Shown piece by piece: positions 1 to 4,207 of a stretch of 4,207 nucleotides of DNA. This DNA is from a virus (taxonomy: Duplodnaviria > Heunggongvirae > Uroviricota > Caudoviricetes). The stretch's first letter is position 1. Each line of letters begins with the position of its first letter. The notes below the pieces were generated by a model. The model was given only the letters and a program-made list of their open reading frames with translations. It was not told the origin of the DNA and did not search any database. Location: IMG/VR virus record IMGVR_UViG_2534681674_000014, positions 1 through 4,207 of that record; one strand, 5' to 3'. A program made the position numbers and the translations under genes.

Positions 1-97
1 AAACTGAAAGAGGGCTGGCAGCCGTTTGGTAGTCCGGTGGCCATAACCCCTTATACCCTGATGCAGGCGATTACAGCAGAAGGTGATGTGATGGTCA

Positions 98-319
98 GTG
101 GTGCAACTGAGCCGGATTGGGTACTACGTCATCGTACTGGCCGGGCAGTCCAATGCCATGGCTTACGGTGAAGGGCTTCCGCTGCCGGATTCATACGATG
201 CTCCGGATCCGCGCATTAAACAGCTGGCGCGCCGCAGTACGGTGACGCCGGCGGGGCTGCCTGCAGATATAACGATATTATTCCGGCCGACCACTGCCTG
301 CATGATGTGCAGGATATGA
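98..319 (+). CDS. Esterase N-terminal fragment carrying the GQSN catalytic-serine motif (out of frame with the rest of the gene)
   Basis: ORF-track frame-2 ORF (GTG start); translation contains VIVLAGQSNAMAYGEGLP, the block I motif of SASA/SGNH esterases. Confidence 0.5.
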   Translation: MVQLSRIGYYVIVLAGQSNAMAYGEGLPLPDSYDAPDPRIKQLARRSTVTPAGLPADITILFRPTTACMMCRI

Positions 320-1782
320 GTACGCTGAATCATCCGAAGGCAGACCTGAGCAAAGGGCAGTACGGCTGTGTCGGCCAGGGCTTACATATTGCCAAAAAAC
401 TGCTTCCGTATATCCCGAATAACGCGGGGATCCTGCTGGTACCATGCTGTCGTGGTGGTTCGGCATTCACCCAGGGCGCGGAGGGGACATTCAGTGCGGA
501 CGCGGGGGCCAGCCAGGATTCGGCACGCTGGGGTGTGGGTAAACCGTTATATCAGGACCTGATTGCGCGCACCAAAGCTGCATTACAGAAGAACCCGAAA
601 AATGTGTTGCTGGCGGTGTGCTGGATGCAGGGAGAGTTTGACATGAGCGCCGCCACCCACGCACAGCAACCTGCGCTGTTTACAGCCATGCTGACACAGT
701 TTCGTGTTGACCTCTCCGTGTTTAACGCGCAGTGCCATGGTGGCAGTGCTGCAGATGTGCCGTGGATTTGTGGTGACACGACGTATTACTGGAAAAATAC
801 ATACGCTACCCAGTACGACACCGTGTACGGCGGGTATAAAAACAGGGAGAGTGAGGGCGTTTATTTTGTGCCCTTCATGACAGACGGTAACGGCGTCAAT
901 ACCGCCACTAACGCGCCGGCAGAAGATCCGGATATTCCGGCATCAGGATATTACGGTGCGGCATCGAGAACGAATGGAAACCAGGTATCATCAAACCGCC
1001 CGACACATTTCAGTTCATGGGCGCGCAGGAGCATTATTCCGGATCGTCTGGCAACCGCTATTCTGAACGCAGCCGGGCGCACCTCAGCCTTCATCAGTGG
1101 TAAGGCACCGGAAATCAAACCCTCGCCCGGCGGCAACACGCCATCGGGTCCGTCTGCAGATACGTCCGTTCGCACAATCTCCCTGCTGCCGGCAGCCGGA
1201 GAGGCTGCTGCGCAGGGCTGGAGCATTAAGGATGGCGGAATTCAGTTGTCAGATGGTGTATTTAAGATCACCAAGCAGAGCAATAAAACCTGGTCCCTGA
1301 CGCATCCGGTGGATGACGCAATTACCCTGCTGACACAGGGCGGCAGACTGACCTGTAAGTTCCGCCTGTCAGGCGCACTGACCAACAATCAGTTCGGGCT
1401 GGGGATTTATCTGTATACGGATGCTCCCGTTCCTGATGGTGTGGCGATGACGGGTACCGGTAATCCGTTCCTGATGTCGTACTTCACTCAGACCACTGAC
1501 GGCAGAGTGAATCTGATGCATCACAGGAAAGCCGGAAACACGAAGCTGGGGGAGTTCGGCGATTACGGTAACGACTGGCAGACGCTGGAGCTGGTGTTCA
1601 CCGCCGGCAGTGCCACGGTTACTCCGAAACTGAATGGAGTGGCTGGCCCGGCATTCCAGGTTATAAAAGACAGTCTGACACTGGGACTGAATGCGCTGAC
1701 GCTGACGGATGTTACAAAAAATGCAGCGTATGGCGTTGAGATAGAAAGTCTGGTGCTGGAGATAAATGCACCGGCAGCATAA
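307..1782 (+). CDS. SASA-domain sialate O-acetylesterase, C-terminal 491 codons (NanS-p-like); true translation start uncertain because of the upstream frame breaks
   Basis: 1476-nt ORF; CWMQGEFD block (SASA block III-like); long Gly/Thr/Ser-rich C-terminal domain; sits immediately upstream of the holin, as in Stx-type lambdoid phages (from memory). Confidence 0.7.
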   Translation: MQDMSTLNHPKADLSKGQYGCVGQGLHIAKKLLPYIPNNAGILLVPCCRGGSAFTQGAEGTFSADAGASQDSARWGVGKPLYQDLIARTKAALQKNPKNVLLAVCWMQGEFDMSAATHAQQPALFTAMLTQFRVDLSVFNAQCHGGSAADVPWICGDTTYYWKNTYATQYDTVYGGYKNRESEGVYFVPFMTDGNGVNTATNAPAEDPDIPASGYYGAASRTNGNQVSSNRPTHFSSWARRSIIPDRLATAILNAAGRTSAFISGKAPEIKPSPGGNTPSGPSADTSVRTISLLPAAGEAAAQGWSIKDGGIQLSDGVFKITKQSNKTWSLTHPVDDAITLLTQGGRLTCKFRLSGALTNNQFGLGIYLYTDAPVPDGVAMTGTGNPFLMSYFTQTTDGRVNLMHHRKAGNTKLGEFGDYGNDWQTLELVFTAGSATVTPKLNGVAGPAFQVIKDSLTLGLNALTLTDVTKNAAYGVEIESLVLEINAPAA

Positions 1783-1790
1783 TAAAAAAG

Positions 1791-1823
1791 AGCCAGCGAC
1801 TGACCTGAAAGAAGACGCTGGCT
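1791..1823 (-). terminator. Hairpin (8-bp stem AGCCAGCG/CGCTGGCT, 17-nt loop) with a T-run on the minus-strand side; candidate minus-strand intrinsic terminator or 3' stabiliser of the esterase mRNA
   Basis: Stem arms at 1791-1798 and 1816-1823 are exact reverse complements; plus-strand AAAAAAG at 1784-1790 gives CUUUUUU after the hairpin on the minus strand. Confidence 0.3.
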
Positions 1824-1937
1824 AAAAGGCCTTATATGTTTGTAGAGACTTATTTTTCACAGACAGCAATGATGCCTGTCAATATATTATCAATATGCGG
1901 ATTGTTTCAGTTACAGATGCTTTATTAAGGAAAAAAC

Positions 1938-1972
1938 AGCCAGCACTGACTTTCGGTGGAGAGGTGCTGGCT
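1938..1972 (-). terminator. Second related hairpin (9-bp stem AGCCAGCAC/GTGCTGGCT, 17-nt loop), minus-strand T-run
   Basis: Arms at 1938-1946 and 1964-1972 are exact reverse complements; plus-strand AAAAAAC at 1931-1937 gives GUUUUUU on the minus strand; left arm plus start of loop (AGCCAGC.ACTGAC) is shared with the hairpin at 1791-1823. Confidence 0.3.
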
Positions 1973-2042
1973 CAGAAGGATAGTTGGATTTCACATGATA
2001 CTTATGCCTGGCGGTATATTTTCTGACAGACAGTGACGGGTG

Positions 2043-2069
2043 TTGTCAAGATATTGTGTCATTTATAAC
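2043..2069 (+). promoter_or_regulatory. Candidate sigma70-like promoter (TTGTCA - 15 bp - TATAAC)
   Basis: Hexamers at 2043-2048 and 2064-2069; spacing is suboptimal (15 bp), so this is weak. Confidence 0.2.
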
Positions 2070-2147
2070 CTGAATCAGGGGGTGGCCGGAATGTTATCTG
2101 GCATTTTTAGCAGAGCCTGAATGCCATAATCACGGCTCCCGGAGTTG

Positions 2148-2184
2148 GCCGTCAGTGGGTGACACTGGCGGCTTTTTTGTTTTT
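2148..2184 (+). terminator. Rho-independent terminator about 50 bp upstream of the holin start
   Basis: 10-bp stem GCCGTCAGTG (2148-2157) / CACTGGCGGC (2163-2172) with one G-U pair, 5-nt loop, followed by TTTTTTGTTTTT (2173-2184). Confidence 0.65.
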
Positions 2185-2228
2185 CTTTACTTGCATTTTC
2201 TGTCGGCGGTGACGGAGACATACATCAG

Positions 2229-2435
2229 ATGGAAAAAATCACAACAGGTGTGTCATACACCACGTCAGCGGTGGGGACGGGATACTGGTTACTGCAGCTG
2301 CTGGACAAAGTCTCTCCGTCCCAGTGGGTGGCAATAGGTGTGCTGGGAAGTCTGCTGTTTGGCCTGCTGACGTATCTGACTAACCTGTATTTCAAAATCA
2401 GAGAGGACCGTCGTAAGGTGGCGCGGGGAGAGTAG
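2229..2435 (+). CDS. S: Class II holin (phage 21 S21 / pinholin-like), 68 aa
   Basis: ATG at 2229 with GGAGA 12 nt upstream; two hydrophobic segments ([10 protein letters not shown] and [18 protein letters not shown]) and a charged C-terminus [13 protein letters not shown]; closely resembles the S21-type holin as I remember it; sits upstream of a SAR endolysin. Confidence 0.85.
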   Translation: MEKITTGVSYTTSAVGTGYWLLQLLDKVSPSQWVAIGVLGSLLFGLLTYLTNLYFKIREDRRKVARGE

Positions 2436-2690
2436 TCGATGAATAAACAATACGAACTGGTTGTAAAATGAATATTTCTAACTGAAAAAACGTTCCATGA
2501 GGTAAGAAAAGGTCACAGGCAATCAATAACAGGACGTGATGAAAGACCCTTGCATTTGTGCGCTTTCTCTTTAGATAGCAGCAGATACTGAAAATCTGAG
2601 TTGTCGGGGAGTCAGGGATACAGCTGTGCAAGAGTTGGTCATTGTGATTCCATTGAAATCCTGTATGCCATGAAGGGCAGGATTTTATGG

Positions 2691-3005
2691 CTACCTGAGC
2701 TTTGGTGATAGTAAGTTGAAAATTCGCATTTTTTGCTGACATGCGTAACGAGAATCCCATAAGCAGGGAGGACTTAATTCTTCATTAACCCATGCGTTGA
2801 TATTATGTTTCAGCCGTTGAAGCATCAGCGGTGTTAATGTTGTGGTAATAATATCCAGCGTTTTATGTGAGATCTTACCGTAAGGGTCTGCAAGAATGCT
2901 GCTTGTTGCTTCGTTATTATCTGCCATCAGAAGAAGTAACTCTGATTTAACGTTTTCTGTCATTAGTTGTAAAAATCTTCTGCGCAAACTTTCTTTACTG
3001 TTCAT
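2691..3005 (-). CDS. Hypothetical protein, 104 aa, antisense to the lysis genes, inside an AT-rich insert; no recognisable domain
   Basis: 104-codon open frame in roughly 32-40% GC DNA (hand-counted 60-nt blocks), where stop codons are frequent, so an open frame this long is unlikely by chance. Against it: no clear Shine-Dalgarno before the ATG at 3005 or before internal Met codons. Confidence 0.4.
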   Translation of the reverse strand: MNSKESLRRRFLQLMTENVKSELLLLMADNNEATSSILADPYGKISHKTLDIITTTLTPLMLQRLKHNINAWVNEELSPPCLWDSRYACQQKMRIFNLLSPKLR

Positions 3006-3077
3006 TTATATGGCTTCATTTGTTGTAATCTGCTGCGTCTCAAGGGATATGTTTATGAGAGCGACCATGAGTGTTGG

Positions 3078-3083
3078 ATTATA
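3078..3083 (-). promoter_or_regulatory. Perfect -10 hexamer TATAAT on the minus strand, about 75 bp upstream of the antisense ORF start; no good -35
   Basis: Plus-strand ATTATA at 3078-3083 is TATAAT on the minus strand; best -35 candidates (CTAATC/TCTAAT) are poor. Confidence 0.2.
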
Positions 3084-3122
3084 TACCTAACATATCAAGG
3101 GATTAGAAATCGATAAATCCCC

Positions 3123-3656
3123 ATGAACGAAAAAATAAAATACGGCCTGTCGGCTGCCGTTCTGGCGCTGATTGGTGCAGGTGCTTCTGCGCCTGAAATC
3201 CTCGACCAGTTTCTGGATGAAAAGGAAGGTAACCACACCACGGCATACCGTGATGGTGCGGGGATCTGGACCATCTGCCGTGGTGCCATTCTGGTGGATG
3301 GTAAGCCTGTTATTCCTGGCATGAAGCTGTCAAAGGAAAAATGCGACCGGGTTAATGCCATCGAACGTGACAAGGCGCTGGCATGGGTGGAGAAAAACAT
3401 CCGGGTGCCGCTGACCGAACCCCAGAAAGCGGGGATCGCGTCATTCTGTCCGTACAACATTGGCCCCGGTAAGTGCTTCCCGTCGACGTTTTATAAACGA
3501 ATTAATGCAGGCGATCGAAAAGGTGCCTGTGAGGCGATTCGCTGGTGGATTAAGGACGGTGGCAGAGACTGCCGTATCCGTTCAAATAATTGCTACGGTC
3601 AGGTCTCACGGCGTGACCAGGAGAGCGCGCTGGCGTGCTGGGACATCGACAGATAG
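3123..3656 (+). CDS. R: SAR-type endolysin, GH24 (T4-lysozyme family) muramidase, 177 aa
   Basis: N-terminal weakly hydrophobic Gly/Ala-rich signal-anchor-release segment (YGLSAAVLALIGAGASAP) followed by an E-x8-D-x5-T catalytic pattern (EGNHTTAYRDGAGIWT); paired with a pinholin-type S upstream. Confidence 0.85.
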   Translation: MNEKIKYGLSAAVLALIGAGASAPEILDQFLDEKEGNHTTAYRDGAGIWTICRGAILVDGKPVIPGMKLSKEKCDRVNAIERDKALAWVEKNIRVPLTEPQKAGIASFCPYNIGPGKCFPSTFYKRINAGDRKGACEAIRWWIKDGGRDCRIRSNNCYGQVSRRDQESALACWDIDR

Positions 3657-3744
3657 CAGAATATTTTCCTGAAAAATGACGTTGGCCAACGCGGGTGGAT
3701 AACACGAAATCCTGAAAACTGGTAAAACCTAAGTGAATAAAAGT

Positions 3745-3786
3745 AAAAACCCCGTTTGTTGGCAGCAAGCGGGGTTTTGTGTTTTC
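3745..3786. terminator. Intrinsic terminator downstream of the endolysin, possibly bidirectional (A-run before, T-run after)
   Basis: 9-bp stem CCCCGTTTG (3750-3758) / CAAGCGGGG (3766-3774) with one G-U pair, 7-nt loop TTGGCAG, then TTTTGTGTTTTC; AAAAA at 3745-3749 precedes the stem. Confidence 0.6.
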
Positions 3787-3876
3787 TGACCTTGAGTAAG
3801 GCAAGGGAGAAATTATGGGTAGGGAGGTACTTTCCCTGTGAGGAAGTATAAAAGATTCTTTCTGAGGTTGTCCATT

Positions 3877-3947
3877 ATGAAAGGCATTGAAGTGGAGACG
3901 CCAGCCAGTCTGGATTTAACAAGAGCGGCAGCTTTTGCCATTCGTAT
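3877..3947 (+). pseudogene. 5' fragment (first 24 codons, MKGIEVETPASLDLTRAAAFAIRI) of an unidentified gene interrupted by the IS element
   Basis: ATG at 3877 with GAGG 9 nt upstream; the frame runs straight into the IS terminal repeat at 3948 and stops inside it (TGA at 3985-3987). Confidence 0.35.
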
Positions 3948-3989
3948 TGAACCGCCCCGGGTTTCCTGGAGAGTATTTTATCTGTGAAC
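3948..3989. repeat. Terminal inverted repeat and end region of the IS element
   Basis: TGAACCGCCCCGGGTTTCCTGGAGAGTATTTTATCTGTGAACTC lies directly 3' of the transposase stop codon (plus 3990-3992). Confidence 0.55.
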
Positions 3990-4207
3990 TCAGGCTGCCA
4001 GATCATTATTTCCGATGGAAGCATAATAAGCTTTTTCTGCTTCTGCCGGAGGAATATGGCCCAGCCTTTCCAGCAATCGTCGATTGTTATACCAGTCCAC
4101 CCACGTTAGTGTGGCCAGTTCCACTTCTGTCCGGTTTTTCCAGCTATTACGGTGTATTACCTCCGCTTTGTAAAGACCATTGATGCTCTCAGCCATCGCG
4201 TTGTCAT
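3990..4207 (-). CDS. IS3-family transposase OrfB, C-terminal ~72 codons (partial; N-terminus is off the right edge)
   Basis: Translation ...MAESINGLYKAEVIHRNSWKNRTEVELATLTWVDWYNNRRLLERLGHIPPAEAEKAYY... shows the AES(F/I)NG..K.E motif and C-terminal region typical of DDE integrase-core transposases of the IS3 family; the frame is open to the window edge. Confidence 0.75.
   Translation of the reverse strand, partial: DNAMAESINGLYKAEVIHRNSWKNRTEVELATLTWVDWYNNRRLLERLGHIPPAEAEKAYYASIGNNDLAA

Larger units (their letters stand above)
1..1782 (+). pseudogene. Prophage sialate O-acetylesterase (SASA/SGNH family, NanS-p-like), 5'-partial at window edge, reading frame broken twice near its 5' region
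   Basis: Frame 1 is open from nt 1 to a TGA at 169-171 (KLKEGWQPFGSPVAITPYTLMQAITAEGDVMVSGATEPDW...). Frame 2 (98-319) carries the SGNH/SASA nucleophile block YYVIVLAGQSNAMAYGEG. Frame 1 resumes (open from 217) and runs to the stop at 1780-1782, with a WMQGEFD block typical of SASA domains. Frame 1 has stops at 169-171 and 214-216, so no single frame spans the gene. Confidence 0.55.
3948..4207 (-). mobile_element. IS3-family insertion sequence (IS629-like), right-end ~260 bp; element continues beyond the window
   Basis: Terminal sequence TGAACCGCCCCGGGTTTCCTGGAGAG beginning at 3948 matches my recollection of IS629-type ends (TGAACCGCCCCGGG...); the adjacent minus-strand ORF encodes an IS3-family OrfB C-terminus. 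Confidence 0.7.

Noticed and set aside
278-466. 62-aa minus-strand ORF
   Set aside because: Antisense overlap within the esterase gene; Ser/Pro/His-rich composition with no motif; typical shadow ORF of GC-rich coding DNA.
368-562. 64-aa plus-strand ORF in an alternative frame
   Set aside because: Lies entirely inside the esterase coding frame in a different frame; Arg-rich out-of-frame artefact.
552-779. 75-aa minus-strand ORF
   Set aside because: Antisense to the SASA-domain coding region; Cys/Ala-rich shadow ORF with no start context.
951-1226. 91-aa minus-strand ORF
   Set aside because: Antisense overlap with the esterase gene; no independent support.
1097-1300. 67-aa plus-strand ORF
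   Set aside because: Out-of-frame overlap with the esterase; Arg/Pro-rich, characteristic of a wrong frame in GC-rich coding sequence.
2229-2240. Dual-start (holin/antiholin) motif at the S start
   Set aside because: Only one Met codon begins the ORF (MEKITT...); no second in-frame start within the first few codons, so I cannot support a lambda-style dual-start arrangement from the sequence.
2155-2337. 60-aa plus-strand ORF spanning the terminator and holin start
   Set aside because: Runs through the terminator hairpin and U-tract and overlaps the holin in another frame; implausible as a gene.
2398-2760. 120-aa minus-strand ORF
   Set aside because: Overlaps the holin 3' end and the 104-aa ORF in another frame; low-complexity Cys/His/Leu-rich composition; its frame closes at a TGA just upstream (plus 2782-2784), so it is not a frameshifted continuation of the 104-aa ORF. 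A shorter real gene within it cannot be fully excluded.
2896-3090. 64-aa plus-strand ORF in the AT-rich insert
   Set aside because: Fully antisense to the 5' half of the 104-codon ORF and the putative promoter region; hydrophobic, but no ribosome-binding site and no support beyond being open; treated as a shadow ORF.
3095-3460. 121-aa minus-strand ORF
   Set aside because: Antisense to the well-supported endolysin gene; Ser/Pro/Arg-rich shadow ORF.
3460-3672. 70-aa plus-strand ORF
   Set aside because: Alternative frame inside the endolysin gene; Arg-rich out-of-frame artefact.
3550-3804. 84-aa minus-strand ORF
   Set aside because: Antisense across the endolysin 3' end and the terminator hairpin; no support.
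3935-4183. 82-aa plus-strand ORF across the IS end
   Set aside because: Antisense to the transposase C-terminal coding region inside the IS; Pro/Leu-rich shadow ORF.
1-4207. tRNA genes, CRISPR arrays, stx toxin genes
   Set aside because: No cloverleaf-like conserved tRNA blocks, no regularly spaced direct repeats and no toxin-like ORFs are present in this window; any stx genes, if present in this prophage, would lie upstream of the window start.

Overview
This window reads as the late/lysis region of a lambdoid prophage (enterobacterial, Stx-phage-like layout), on the + strand unless noted. It holds: (1) the 3' ~1.8 kb of a SASA/SGNH sialate O-acetylesterase gene (NanS-p-like) whose 5' part is broken by two frame changes; (2) a 446-bp intergenic region with two related hairpins and a strong intrinsic terminator just upstream of the holin; (3) a 68-aa class II (S21/pinholin-like) holin; (4) an AT-rich ~0.7 kb segment between holin and endolysin whose only long ORF (104 codons) is antisense and unrecognisable; (5) a 177-aa SAR-type GH24 endolysin; (6) a strong terminator; (7) a 24-codon 5' gene fragment cut by an IS3-family (IS629-like) element, whose transposase 3' end runs off the right edge. 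No spanin (Rz/Rz1), tRNA or CRISPR is present. The most interesting item is the AT-rich antisense-ORF insert splitting the holin-endolysin pair; it is a candidate uncharacterised moron, not a demonstrated system. All calls are from reading the sequence and memory of protein families; no searches were run.
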